Assembly: GCF_006345805.1 (NCBI RefSeq)
Contig: NW_021836298.1
Span: 3,430 to 67,429 of the forward strand
Direction: 5' to 3'
Length of the DNA stretch: 64,000 nt
Origin: Octopus sinensis
Lineage: Eukaryota
The position numbers and the translations under genes are program-made. The notes under the pieces are model-generated. The model was given only the letters and a program-made list of their open reading frames with translations, made no database searches and had not been told where the DNA came from. Shown in pieces: positions 34,866 through 50,200 of the stretch. Position 1 is the stretch's first letter. Each line of letters begins with the position of its first letter.

Positions 34866-35877
34866 TTCTCTCTCACTTTCTCTTTCACTCTCTCTCTCTC
34901 TCTCTCGTTCTCTCTCTCACTTTCTCTCTCGTTCTCTCTCTCACTTTCTCTCTCACTTTCTCTTCACTTCTCTTCTCTCTCGCTTCTCTCTCTCTCTCTC
35001 TCTCGTCTCTCACTTTCTCTCTCACTTTCTCACTCTCTCTCTCTCTCTCTTTTTCTGTTTCTCTCTCTCACTTTCTCTCTCACTTCTCTTTCACTCTCTC
35101 TTCTCTCTGCTTTCTCTCTCTCTCTCTCTCTCTCGCGCTTCTATCTCACTTTCTTCTCACTTTCTCTTCACTCTCTCTCTCTCTCTTCTCTCTCTCTCTT
35201 CTCTCTCTCTTTCTCTTCGCTTTCTCTCTCTCTCTCTCTCTTCTCTCGCTTTCTCTGTCACTTTCTCTTTCACTTTCTCTTTCACTCTCTCTTTCGCTCT
35301 CGCTTTCTCTCTCTCTCTCTCTCTCACTTTCTCTTTCTCTTTCCCTCTCTCTTACTCTCTCGCTTTCTCTCTCTATATATCTCTCTCTTTCTTTCTCTCT
35401 CTCTCTCGTTCTCTCTCATAATTACTCCAAAAGAGATTATGACATCACAATTCCGAGAAATATCATCTGAATACTATAATCTCTTCAATTCGACTTCCTT
35501 CACAATTGGTGTCGTATCGATCAAACGATGATATCTATAATAACTATCGATCTATTTAATTCGTATCTTGATTTCCAGCAATTTCTTCATAAATTTCCCA
35601 GTATATTGATTTCTTCTTCCTGAAGCTGTCTTTTCTTTCTTTCTTCTTTCACTTCTCTTCTTCCTTTCTTAAGCTCATTCATTCATTCTTTCTTTCCTTC
35701 GTTTGTTTGACTTAGCGATTATTTATGATCTTTGATTTAAACATATTTGTCACATTTAGCTTACTGTTAACAGTCTCATGAATCTCTCTGTATCTCTCTC
35801 ACTATCTTAGATATATTATATATATAATACATATATATATATATATTATATGTATATATATATATATATATACACAC

Positions 35878-35985
<108 letters not shown>

Positions 35986-36057
35986 GAAATAAGTAATAAT
36001 GATGTCAAGGCATTAGACCACTACGGCTGTTTCAAGCAGCCCCATTTAGTATCAGTG

Positions 36058-36097
<40 letters not shown>

Positions 36098-36229
36098 TCT
36101 CTATTATATATATATATTTCTTAAAAATCAGCATGAAAAAGCCGTGTATTTCCAAAAATACTTACTCCTTTCCTTATATATTTTCTCAGTTTATGGCGAT
36201 GATAATCATTGATTTCACAATTAACATCT

Positions 36230-36560
36230 CATATTTCACGTGCCTTCAACGAGATCTTTACACAGTTCTTATCCTTGTTTATGGAAAGTGCCACCAGCAT
36301 GAACGAAGTGTACAATTTAACATATAGCATCTGTTTAGGGATTCTCTGATCATTAATCTGAAGAAGATGTCCTGTTCACCGTAATTGGTGATGGTATATC
36401 ATCATTATTCTCTGTGCTTTTATAATTTGACAAATCCAACCTCTCTTCTCTGGGCAACATATTTTCCTTTTGATGCTTTTAAAATATGAAAATTCCTTGA
36501 CAGTCATTGACCAGAACAAGATGAAGATCTCAGTCAGTAAAGGAATTTGTCTGGGGTCAT
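36230..36560 (-). mobile_element. Old RTE remnant
   Basis: [17 protein letters not shown] resembles QLRW.GH...D.RIPKQLLYG. Confidence 0.6.
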
Positions 36561-37554
36561 CAAAGTTTGAAGTTACTCTTTTTAGTTTTATAAAGTCACT
36601 AAAAGTCTTACGTTTTCTCAATTTATAGAAAACTCGCTCTTTTATAAATCAGTTTATTGGCTATTCATTAAATGTTAAATTAAATTTGCTCCAGCTGGTC
36701 TATATAAACAGTAACCTACTGTTTTGAACAACTTTACTATTTTGTTGTGTGTTATTTACTCACATATAATGTGTGAATATTTCAACCCCAGCTATTCAAG
36801 CAAAAATCAGAAGCATTATTTAGAATAATTTGGTTTTAAAACGAAACATTTTAAATAATAATTTTCTGAATGAAGTCCTTTTTTTTTCTATTTCAAATAC
36901 CTTTTTTATTTAATTTCAATATTTGTCCCCTTCAATCAGAAAAGAATCCAGTAAGGCGTGGATAATGCTTATGAGTCTTCCTTTCCCCTTCGACAAAAGT
37001 CTGCTCGGTAGAGCTTCCTGTCACATCTTATAATGTACATAAAGGTCTCATGTGTTTTACTTATTTAATCTTGGTCTCTGCTGTAAGAACTTGAAATCTA
37101 ATTTCAAATTAAAATAACAGTGGAGTAGTATGAAGGTAAATATTGTAGGGAAGAATTGTACTCTTCCTTTATCTGAATTTATTTAAAAGGAGTTATTTGA
37201 AATCACATGGAATTATAATAACCAATGTTGCACCATTATTTTATTCTGACAGGATTTTTCAGAACAATTATTAAATACATAAATTGCTGATTTGCTTTTA
37301 CAATGTACAATCGGTAAGTTTTGTTTTCTACTGAGAAAAATTGCAGTAATTAGTAAATAACGATGATCCTGAAGTAAGAATATTAAAAAAATTGTATACT
37401 GCACTCACAAACCCCTGAATTTTCATTCAACAGCCTCCACTTTGGAGAGTCCTGTCTTAAACCACAACAGGACAAAGTGAGATATCCTTAGATACATCAT
37501 ATATTATATAGAAAGAAATACTATCTCTGTAGGATATATAAAGGGAAAAGACAT

Positions 37555-37605
<51 letters not shown>

Positions 37606-38026
37606 AGGCATTCTATTCTAAACTAAAAATGAAGGTAGATAACTATCAATATAGCAGAAGATATTAAAGCTGTCTATATAGCCATGGGGTTGTTTAGGGA
37701 GGGGATTAGATATACAACAACAACAACAACAACAATAAATGAACATTTCAAAGTTTATCTTTATTTCAGAAGTTAATCTTTAAGAAGAAAGGAGCCAAAC
37801 CAGTAAGGTAATGTTATATGGTAGAGAGATCTTCTAGAATTAGTACCTAAATCCTCCTCAATTCACAATTATCACTTTAAAGAAGGACAGATAGGACAAC
37901 GTGGTTCTGGGTTCTCTACATTAAGGATAAAGCCAGGAGAGCCCTGGCTAGAAGACATTTGATTATAGGTCTCTGCTTGGTCGCGATTGACCTCGGATGA
38001 GACAATTACATCATTTACACAAAATT

Positions 38027-38229
38027 TTACATCATATGAGGTAGATATTCGAGTGCATCGAAACACTCACATTTCTCAAGAGCTTCTCTGAGTGTTCTGT
38101 GTGTTCGTGTCTCTGGATCACAAGTTGTAAACCATCTCCGCAGCATCTGGAAGCTCTGTTCAACGGTGTCAAGAGGATTGTCATTTTTGATGATTTCCAA
38201 TCGAACAGTTTTAATTCCTAATTCTCTTC
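38027..38229 (-). CDS. Terminal death-domain exon [67 protein letters not shown]
   Basis: tgttttgcag acceptor; LG..I..D.P....EQ..QML..W....T...L..AL death-domain pattern; 3'UTR and AATAAA shared with the paralogue. Confidence 0.88.
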
Positions 38230-41200
38230 CTGCAAAACATACAACAGTTAGAAATAACTGCAACAACATTAACAATATTATAAAAGATGTTTACTGTAGT
38301 TTGTTATAAATACAACAAAGGCATTATGTCCATAGAGGAATGAGAAGTAGTTAAGAAACATAAAATATATAAGACATCGTTCTCTATTTCTAAGAACGCT
38401 GATTAAATAATAACAAAGAGGTTGAAGTACAGGATGGAAATTGTGAAGATTTTAAAGAGAATTAATTGTAAATTACATTTGAGAATATGGTAAAGAGATG
38501 GCAGGAGAAGTGTTTGTGGGGGCAAAAGTATATGAGAACCTAGAAAATCAACATAGACGACCAACAGTCAAACCATTTGATCCATCTGTCCATTCCACTG
38601 GTCAATATTCCTGGGAGGGTTTGGGGGTAGAGGCCTCCTCCATAGGGTCCCATCAGATGCAACCATCGTAAGACGTTTTGGTTGGTTTCCTAAGCGCAAA
38701 CAACTAAGACTATGAATATGATCCAACCATTTCGTTTTTAGTCTACCCCTAGGTCTTCTACTCCATTGGTTTTGTTTTAGGAATCTCTCCTTTAATTTGT
38801 TCTTGCGACATTCCGATCATATGTTTGTAGTACCAGAGATGTGAACATGAAGAGACTCCCATATTTCTGAACTATACATTCTATTGAGTAATGTTACTCT
38901 AAAGACCCATAAATGGAATCTCATTCTTACTGTTTGATAACATCCTATGATCAATGACTAAAGCATATCACGATTTAGAAATATCTTGATTGATTTTCTG
39001 GATTGAACTCTCAGAAAAAACTAGGTACATCTGAACTAATTAAAATACGAAAAGACAAGATACAAAAATGACCTCAACGTATTATATTTTGTCCATCTGT
39101 TTGGCTTTCACTTTTCAATTCCTTCAATTTTTTTCCGATTGATTTCAAATTTCATGTATTGATGTAGAGTTGTATGCTAATTATGGAAATGAAATTCACT
39201 TTCCCCATAATTTAATAAATAAAAACTTAACAGCTTTTAAATCTACAAATTTTGTATTGTACTTTAGTCACTCGAAATCCACAAATGCATTGGCACCCGT
39301 TTCCATGGTATCAAGCGAAGGTGTTGTGTAGCCTCCTTACTCGTCTGTTACCTTTTATTCTTGCTTTTACACGTCTGTTGTTGTCACTCTGAAACTTCCC
39401 CTTCTAAGGTTGGCTCGTGTCTCTGCGAGTTTATTTGGCACAGGGATTACGGAAATTGGCAGGAATTCTGGTTTTATTATCCCCACATAATCCCAAATAA
39501 CTTTCTGTATTTTGGGGGATTTTCAGAAACTGATTGCAAATTTGTGTTCTATACATGGGAATTATAAAATTATGAAGTAAAAATCTGTGTGAGTTAAGTT
39601 AAGTTAATTTTTTGGCTCAAAAGCAAAAAGCAAGGCCATGTAGGGGGACATGTAGTTAAGTACAGGGTGGTGTTCATGTAAAGAGTTCAGGCCACTTGAG
39701 GTCAAGGGAGACTTTGAACAAAGCGGTCGTCGGCATCTTCACCATCTTGTCTGTTAATGGCGATTTAGCTGTTGTTTTTAGCACATCTCCTGACCACCTG
39801 ACATCTTCCTCGTTTCCTTGCTACTATGACATGTATTGATGTTTTTCAATATTTTTCCTCCCATAAACTCATTAAATGGAATGATCATGCAGTGAAGGGT
39901 GGTCCGTTGCTGGGATTTAGGCAAAGAATTCGGACAAACTCTGTATTTCAAACTCTGATTTGAAAAACAAAAAAATTGAAAAAGTGTATAAATTTTAGGA
40001 TGTATGAAGGTAAGGGATTAATAAATGTTTTGAAATAAGTTTGCTTAATCATAGGAATTCCCGTGAGTAGGACTCAAATTTGCAAACATTTTCTCAAAAC
40101 TCCAAAAAATAAAAAAAAAATATATAGGTTCAAATGGGTGCTTAAATCAGAATTTTCTGTTACAAACTCCTAAACTGCGTCGCAAACTTTCGTTATTTTT
40201 TCGTAATTCAACATTCCCATTTAGTTTATATTGTTTTTTTCTCGTTTTTCTAATTTTTCTCATACCTGTTATGATATTTCACATAAGTTAATTGATTAAA
40301 ACTTATTAAAACTTCCGTCGTTGAATTTTTTGTCGTCGTAATGTCGTCATCTGTTGTCGCTGTTTTGTGATCCCGCTCAAAATGCTTTCTTCCAAATCCT
40401 GTTTTCTCATTGGGTAAAAATTATCAAAATTTGATCTGCTAACATTTTAAGAAATTTTTCTGGAACAAGTGAATAAGATCAGGTTCAGTATGAAACAATA
40501 TATCAATAGTTTCCCCTTGATTTTCAAATTTCAAAAGTTAAAGCAAAAAAAAAAAGAATGATACGCATTTCTTTCACGGTGTCAATGCCATGATTTAGAG
40601 AGAAATCAATAATGGATCGGTGTTATGATAAAGCTAGAAATGAGAAGAGATTTAGTTAGTAGGAAAGAAGGCAGGACCCACCAACCTCTACGTTATTCAC
40701 CTACATAGAATAAGCCACTATATGTGGGTGATGCCTGGTACACTACTAGATGGACACTGGACAGTGGAGAGGCTACATGTCTCCCAATATACACAGAAAG
40801 CTATGAGAAAGGACCATTTAATGATGCCGTCCTGTACTCTCAAATATGTCCCCTATCTATTATTATCAAAACTGCTGACATCGGTGGATATTTTCTGAGT
40901 CACTTTAAAGAATCACTTTAAAGCTAACCTTTCAATTGGATAGAAGGAATGAGATCTTTTTTTCAGTCTGAAACTTATATAAATCAATTAGGTACTCTTA
41001 TTTTATACTCACCGACTTGTTGCCATTTTCCCCCTAAATTTTGTGCGACATCTTGGAGAAACTTTTCATCTAACACTGGAGACTCTGAAATAAATATTCC
41101 GAAATTAGATACTTAAAGTTAATTTTCTTTATTAATAATCTATATTTATTATTGTGAGAAATTCCTATCATAATTGGTCAACTGGTGACCGCTATGGTTT

Positions 41201-44200
41201 CGGTCAGCATTATACTTTCCACGGAGGCCTCATATAATAGCTCAATACTAAGGCCCACATCAAAATACACTAACCTTTCTAAATTTCCTATCTCTATTAC
41301 GGCTTCTTAAATAGTGTAATAATGTTACTATTATCTCATTTAATTATCACAGTATTTTGTTAGTTTTGTATTTCTTCCATTACATCTGTGCGAAATCTAT
41401 GACATGGCATTGGCCTCTGGCGTCTAGACTTCACTAACCAACTCTCTTCTCATTTGCTTAATTCCAATATTAACCCAGTTTGCCGTCAAACATGCAGCCA
41501 CAAACACATGGCACCTCACACCAAGTAGAATAGACATGCATCTGCTAACGTTGCTGTTGGTAATCTTTAACTAACATCACGGTTCACCATCTGATTCAGG
41601 AAATATTTGAAGACTCCTTCTTAAAGCAGCTTTTTTAAAAGCGAGAGAAATGATTAGTTCTACACAGGTGGAACACAAACTGTCCACATCACTGTACACC
41701 GGAATGTTATGTAACTCAAGAAATATTTGCAAATATTTGAACGCCATACATTCTCCATAATAAGGGCATTTTGTTCAGGTGGGTAATGGTTAGATTCTGC
41801 ACAGGGGGAGCAAAAGCATGATGTGTCTTAAAACCCTGTACACCGTCTCACACATTATTGTATGAAAACATTTGAAAAGTATTCGAGGAGGTACCTGATA
41901 AAAACTGGAATTTTGCAATATTATTTTATTCACTTAGCTTTACACGCTTACACTTTTACAGCCCTCAAAGTATTATCCATTTGAAGCAATCCTCGGCCCA
42001 GAAGCTATAATATGAAGCTGTAATATTATACTCACCAACTGGCTTTGTTGTAGAGGATGTAGGCTCTGACACCTTCGAGAATTTCCCATGCGTTGGAGCC
42101 TCTGAAAAAATATGTTCAAGTTTCAGGCATTAAAGTTTCGTTATCATTCATAATCTATATTTTATTGTTGTGAGATATTCTTATCGTCCATAATCAACTG
42201 GTGAGCACTATTTTTTCCACCAACATTTCTATACTTTTTACTGTGATCCTATTAAATGCGCCAAATGTAGGACCGTGTAATAACCCAATATATAGGTCTA
42301 CTACTAAATAGACTGACCTTCCTAAATCTCCTCGCACTATTAAGACATCCTACATAATCTAACACTATTGCACTTATCTCATTTAATAATCACTTGTTAA
42401 CACTGCTAATCTCCTTCTTATATTTAATCTAATCTATGACATGATTGTCCTCTCATCTCTAGACTTCACTAATCAACATTCTTCTCGTTTTCTACTTAAT
42501 TCCATGACAACCAAATTGGTCCTCAAAAATCGGACCACAAAACCATGACACATCGTTTCAGGTAGGATAAACATAACCCCGCTCTCTTTTTTAAAGGTCA
42601 CTGTTGGCAAACTTTAATTTTAACTGACCACATCACACTTCATCAGAATATCATCTGAATAAGGAAATATTTGAAAATATTTCAATGTCATTCATTTTCC
42701 TTAATAAACGACTTTTTTTTCAGGTGAGCAATGATTAGTTCTACAACGGTGGAGAGGTAAGCGATAACAGGTATCCTGAAACACTACTTTTGTACAAAAC
42801 ATCCTTAACAACAAAATCACTGTTCATTATTACAAAGGGGTTATATCCAAATTGAGAACTGACAATTTATTCTGAAGAATATATAAACAAAATCGAACTG
42901 GAAACATGAAATTTTGCATTTTTTTAGTAGTTTTGAATTATCAGTTGTTTTCTGTCCATCTTCAGCTTTGCCATGGTCTCACTACCCCAGTATGTATCAG
43001 TCAACAAGATAGCGTACCACCATCTTTAACTTTTGGTTTGTCTTTAACTTTTGGCATGAGTTCTCCTGCCGTTCGTAACTTCCCTTGCTCCAGCTGACCA
43101 TTCACAAATTATAGACTGCATTACTTATTTGCTTGAAACCACATTCTTGACTAAGTACTAACTCTATGGAGTCTACTAACCAGAACTATTTGCATATCCT
43201 TTTAGTCTCTTGTTAGTATTGTTATGTCAGCCATGAATATCTTTCCGTTGAGCAATTTCTTCTGGACATTCTGTTAATCTAAGTAGCATAACTATAAAGA
43301 TCACCAACCAACTGATATTGTGCAACCTACAGCTATTCCAGATCCAGAACCTGGCAGTCTTTTGTGAACTTTTATCCTATGAAACACATTTTGAAACTGT
43401 TATAGCATCTCATCATCAGATCCTTAATCTCCTCCCATTTATTAAAGAAATTCCTTGTTTCCATCAACAATGTGTGTGGTACAGAACCATAAGCATTAGC
43501 CAGATCAAGCCATACTACATCCGAATCTCTTTTATTCTTCTTTGCTTTTTATATGGCATCCCAGATTTAAAATGCATGTTCTACACACCAGACATTTTCC
43601 GGATTCTAGTCTTCTGGACATTTTCTGTCGTATAACCATTATTTTGCTGACATGTAGCTGATTTCATAGCAAGTACACCCATGTAAATCTTGCCATTCAA
43701 GATTGAAATTGGCTTCAATTGGCCACTTAGTTCTGCATTAACTTACTTTGATGAATAAAATCCTTTTGTCTTGCACCATTCATCAATCAGTCCACCTTTA
43801 TCCCACAACTCTCTAAATAGTAATTAATGCTTATAACACCTGGGCACAACATTTGTACACGTTCTATGGTACACAATCACCTCCCGTTGCAATCTCCGTT
43901 CTTGCCTTCTTCACTAAGCTTTATACTTGTTTCTTGCTGAAATCGCAAAGCTGAAATATTTGATTACTGGTTTCATTGGACATTTCAAACCAAACATGAG
44001 CAGGTAAAGATGACTTCGCTTGGGATCATTGTATATCTGCCGTATATTCTTGTTCACTTCATCTTTAGTGCATTATAATCTCCCCCACTTAACATCGGCA
44101 AAAATATCCTAGTACCATCAGAAGGGTTCTTAAGGAGCTTTTATCTAAGGTGTTCACTATCCTTTCTTCTTTCAACCCGTCCGATGTCTCTTTGAATGTA

Positions 44201-47200
44201 TTTGATTGTATTGTATCATACAGCCTCTATGAAGTTTGAAGAAAGGGAAAGAGACAACGGTTTTCTGAGCAGCAAACCAACGTCTTCCACTTGAAAAAAA
44301 AAATGTTTACTGGATGCAATGATAGATTTATTATCAGTGAAAAACGACAGGGTGTTCATATTTGGAGCGCATTTCATTGTAAGTCTGCCAGATTATGAGC
44401 GACATCAGCTAAAATAACAACAATAACTTGTCAGTAAACATTTAAAAAATATAAAACAAACAAAACCTTTGTCATTACCTCACCTGTTAAACCACAACAT
44501 ATATTATTTGGCTGCTCCAAAAGAGAACCTGAAATCTATTTTGCTTCTAATTTATCCATTTCACCAACCATGCTAACCTGATTGGATACTTTATTAAATG
44601 TCAATAGTATCGATATGTTTAATATGATTAGTTTAATGCTAAAACTTCCCATTGACAGGTAAGCATGGAAGCTGATCTTTATCATTCTGATATCAAAATA
44701 GTTCAGCAGAGAATAAACCTTACAGAAATCAATCAAGTGCTGTTATTTTATACTCACCTACAGGTTCAGCCAGTGTCTGTGTTTCCTTGACTTCAAATGT
44801 TCGATTCACTGAAATGAATATTTCCAAGTTTTAAACATTATAGAAAAATTTCTCTATCTTTATTAATAATCTATATTTTATATCAGAGATTTCTTTCATA
44901 GATAATCAACTGTTGAAGACAATGGTTTTGGTTAGAATGTTTATAGTTTCAACAGGATTACCCTGTAATTTCAATATTTACACTGCCTTCCAAAATTTCC
45001 TTTATCTTTTGAGACAGTCGACATAATCTAACAACTGTGTCATTATTTCATTTAATTATCACTTGATAACACCAATTTTTTATTAGGTTTGTCTTTCCTT
45101 TCTTATATCTGCACTGAACATATGACGTGAAATTGTGCCCTCACTTCTGCCCTTCTCTAACCAACATTATTCTCAGCTTTGCTTAATTCCAATGGCAACC
45201 AGTTTGGTTATCCATGATCTAACCATAAACACATTACACACACCACTTTAAGTGGTAGAATGGAAGTGATTCTGAAGACTCTAGGATATTTCTGACAACC
45301 CTCTTCTATATATCAACCAAACTTCCGTCTCTCCTTTGATGTCTCCTTAATCAATGCGGTGCCTCTGAAGGGGCTGAGAACTCAGTTCAATGAAATCTGA
45401 GGGGACGAAAATGCTTTATAAAATACATCTAATTAGTGTCAAATACGTATACAGAAATGTTCGACAACATAGTGTTTCCTATGAAATGAAGCAAAAATAC
45501 AATACCATCAAAACTTACTGAAACATAGGGACTATAATCACGGTTCGTATGGAGTGGTCTTGTAACAAAGAAAACAGGGTCCTCTTATAGCTCCTGTATA
45601 TTCTTGCTCACTTCATCTTTATTTCGTTATAATCTGCTGCTCTTAGCGGCTGCAAAAAGAATCCTAGCACCGTAAGCAGGGTTCTTAAGGAGCTGCTATC
45701 TAAAGTGTTCACTATCCTTTCTTCTTTCAACCCGTCCGATGTCTCTTTGAATGTATTTGATTGTATTGTATCATACAGCCTCTATGAAGTTTGAAGAAAG
45801 GGAAAGAGACAACGGTTTTCTGAGCAGCAAACGAATGTCTTCCACTTGAATAAAGACAATGTTTACTGGATGCAATGATAGATTTATTATCAGTGAAAAA
45901 TAAGAGGGTGGTCATATTTGGAACTCGTTTCATTGTAAGTCTGCCAGATTATGAGAGACATCAGCTAAAATAACAAGAATATCTTGTCAGTAAACATTTT
46001 TAAAATACAGGCGTAGGAGTGGCTGTGTGGTAAGTATCTTGCTTACGAACTAGATGGTTCTGGGTTCAGTCCCACTGTGTGGCACCTTGGGCAAGTGTCT
46101 TCTTCTATATCTTCGAGCCAACCAAAGCCTTGTGAGTTGCTTTGGTAGACAGGAACTGAAAGAAGCCCGTCGTATGTATGTATGTATGTATGTATGTATG
46201 TGTGTATGTGTTTGTCCTCCCAACATTGCTTGACAACCGGTGCTGGTGTGTTTCCGTCTAGGTAATGCATCGGTTTGGCTAAAGAGACCGATAGAATAAG
46301 TACTAGGCTTACAAAGAATAAGTCCTAGGGTCGATTTGCTCGACTAAAAAGGTGTTGCTCCAGCATGGAGACAGTCTGAAACGAGTTAAAGAGTATAAAA
46401 CAAACAAAACCTTTGTCATTACCTCACCTGTTAAACCACAACATATATTATTTGGCTGTTCCAAAAGAGAACCTGAAATCTATTTTGCTTCTAATTTATC
46501 CATTTCACCAACCGTGCTAACCTGATTGGATACTTTATGAAACGTCAATAGTATCGATATGTTTAATATGATTAGTTTAATGCTAAAACTTCCCATTGAC
46601 AGGTAAGAATGGAAGCTGATCTTTATCATTCTGATATCAAAATAGTTCAGCAGAGAATAAACCTTACAGAAATCAATCAAGTGCTGTTATTTTATACTCA
46701 CCTACAGGTTCAGCCAATGTCTGTGTTTCCTTGACTTCAAATGTTCGATTCACTGAAATGAATATTTCCAAGTTTTAAACATTATAGAAAAATTTCTCTA
46801 TCTTTATTAATAATCTATATTTTATATCAGGGATTCCTTTCATTGATGATCAACTGTTGAAGACAATAATTTTGGTAAGAATGTTTATAGTTTCAACAGG
46901 ATTACCCTGTAATAGTTCAATATTTACACTGCCTTCCAAAATTTCCTTTATCTTTTGAGACATTCGACATAATCTAACAACCGTGTCATTATTTCATTTA
47001 ATTATCACTTGATAACACCAATCTTTTATTAGGTTTGTCTTTCCTTTCTTATATCTGCACTAAACATATGACGTGAAATTGTGCCCTCACTTCTGCCCTT
47101 CTCTAACCAACATTATTCTCAGCTTTGCTTAATTCCAATGGCAACCAGTTTGGTTATCCATGATCTAACCATTAACACATTACACACACCACTTTAAGTT

Positions 47201-50200
47201 GTATAAACACTCAAACCTGATCTCCTTCTTAAACATTACTGCATGTAATGATTAGTTTTCAACTTCCTGCATCACTGTTCACCAGAATGTCAGCTGATGC
47301 ATGAAATGCTTTAAATCACCTTAATAGAGCAGTGTTTATAAAGGTGAGTGAAGATTACTTCTACACAGGTGGAACAGAAAATGATAACAGGTGTCCTCAA
47401 AGAGGATACACTTGCACAAACTTCACTCTACTACAGGTAACTCTTCATCCTTACATTATAGCTGTGAAAAGATCTGAAATGGTAGAATGGAAGTGATTCT
47501 GAAAACTCGAGGATATTTCTGACAACCCTCTTCTATATATCAACCAAACTTTCATCTCTCCTTTGATGTCCCCTTAATGCGGTGCCTCTGAATGGGCTGA
47601 GAACTCAGTTCAATCAAATCTGAGGGGACGAAATGGACATCTCTGTAGAAATATTTACCTGACAGAAAACGGTCGTCCTGATGTCGTAGTTAACAACATT
47701 ACAAGGAATATGAAACCCTGCTCACACCCCATTCCACCATCACTGTTTTACCACATTTGTCACTAATGATCATTGATGTTAACTAATTGAAAATGTTTCT
47801 AAAATGTTTTATAAAATACATCTAATTAGTGTCAAATACGTATACAGAAATGTTCCACAACATAGTGTTTCTTATGAAATGAAGCAAAAACACAATACCA
47901 TCAAAACTTACTGAAACATAGGAACCATAATCACGGTTCGTATGGATGTGGTCATGTAACCAAGGAAAATTGTAAAACTACAGAGAGTAATAAGGTGTAG
48001 AATGTTACTCGAAGATGCTAAGTTCTGTTGAGGTTCTACAATTTGAGAAATGATCTACCAATGAAAAGAAGATTCACAATATACAATATGATATTTAGAG
48101 GCCTCTGAAACTCGTTCCGGGTGTAAAAATCGCGTTTTTGACAATTTTCAACTCGCCAGTAAACCATGTGTCGTATTCAACAATGGATCGAAACTCATTC
48201 TCCAAGATTGTATACATCTACACTTTATTTGTTCAAAATCTCAAATTCTCTTCTTATCTTCTTCATAATTAATTTTATTTTCCAATATGTGCTTTTTAAC
48301 AAAATTGCACAGTTCTCTGACAAAACTTTTATCACACAAGGTTAATAAAAGTGACAGGACCAGCAAGTTCGAGGAGGGAGTACATTGATTACATCGACCC
48401 CAGTACACAACTGGTATTTTCCTATTGACCCTGAAGGGGTGAAAAGGCGAAGTCAACCTCGGCAGAATTTGAAATTAGAACCTAAAGACGGACGAAATGC
48501 AGTTAAGTGCATTAACGATTCTGCCAGGGGTCACCTTATCTATTATTTAATAATATTAAAGCGGCGAACTAGCAGAATCGGTGGCGTGCCGAACAAAATG
48601 CCTAGTGGCGTTTCATCCGTCTTCACGTTCTGAGTTTAAAATTCCACCGAGGTTGTCTTTGCCTTTTATTTTTTCAGGGTAAATAAAATAAGTACCAGTT
48701 TTGTACTGGGGTCGATATACTCGCCTCATTTCCTACCCTGAAAATGATCACACAAGATCAATAAAAGGGCAGATATAAGCCGCCTATTTGGTAAAAAGGA
48801 TCTTATTTTACATATAAAAATTTATATTTTAAATCATATTATTTTCATACTGAAATGCTTATGGTATTAAGGTAAAACTCCTAATTACAATTTGAGATGT
48901 TATTGATTTACAATTCATTGATTACATATTAACAGACGATTATCTAAATAGATCATTATTATACGTTTTGTATTTTTGATTGTAAAAATAACTAGATATA
49001 AACGATGACAACCGCTTCTGGATGAGAGCAGATCCTCAGGGGCCAGCTTATAAAACCTGGCTCTCTGTATCAGGTGCTCAAACCAATCAGATAATGTTTG
49101 GTTAGGGCACCCGACAAGCATTGCTACAGATCGAGGAACGCCGTGGCCGAAGTCATGCGTTGATTGGTGCATGAAATTAATAAATCTTGGTTTTCATCTG
49201 AGAGTTCAATGATACAACCAATGTACCAATCATTTTCATTCGTGTATCCAACATATTTTCAGGACTTTAACTTTGAAATATCTTGCTCAGATGCTGGCCT
49301 CTCCTCACCTAAAAGAGTGAAATTGTCATCAGCTGATATCTTCTTCGTTAGAAGATCAGATCTTGAAGAAGGTACGAAGCGGTGATGGGATCGTGTGCCA
49401 ACTGATTTCACTGAGCTGCTGATTCGTGAAAGCAAATCGAAGCTGTTTTCATTTTGGATGACATCGGCTGCCGACATGTCAAAGAACATTATCTCTGGAA
49501 TGCTTGCACATGCTCAGCCATACATCTTGCAACCTGTGAGAAAATGTCTTTCCTGGTTGCTTGTAGACTTGCTTTAATCAGCAACACATTTCTTCATCCT
49601 ACTGATTCCCTCATATGTCCTTTTTCCACATGACATGGCAAAGAAATACGACTCCGCTTCAAGGCCTTGATCATTCTGATGATGACAGAGATTTGTTTGG
49701 CGTCTCTAGTTCTTGTATTGGTCGGCTGCACCGTCACTGAAGTACAGGAGATGGTTTATGAATGGAAGTTCTGTCTTTATATGCGATATCACCCTCGTAA
49801 TAAAAGCATGCACTATGGTGCTGTCATGTTTCAAACAATCAGATATGACACAGATTGAAGTGCATTGTGGGTTTGAACCAGTCTTATAACAGATCACGAA
49901 TGGATGAATATATTGGCCTGGGAGATGTTCCGATGAAAACCTTGCTCCGAATCCTTCACTACAAAACTATAATTTTCTGCCAAGTCTGACAATACTCTCG
50001 CATGATTTGATGTCAGATCATCTTTCTGATGAAAAAGGAGACTAGTTTGAGCCTTTGCTATGAAATGGGGTTGATGCAGAGTATCAAATACATTTTTAGC
50101 GGTTTGAAGGAAATCATTCACTGGGGAAGTTAGGCACATCAGGAAGGCCCAGTCCACATAAATCCTCGTTACTAAATCCTCTGAGTCAAAATCACGTGAT

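Larger units (their letters stand above)
44040..47960. repeat. Recent tandem duplication (copy 1 ~44040-45560, copy 2 ~45595-47960) including a coding exon
   Basis: Long near-identical blocks, e.g. 44447-45250 vs 46395-47195. Confidence 0.92.
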
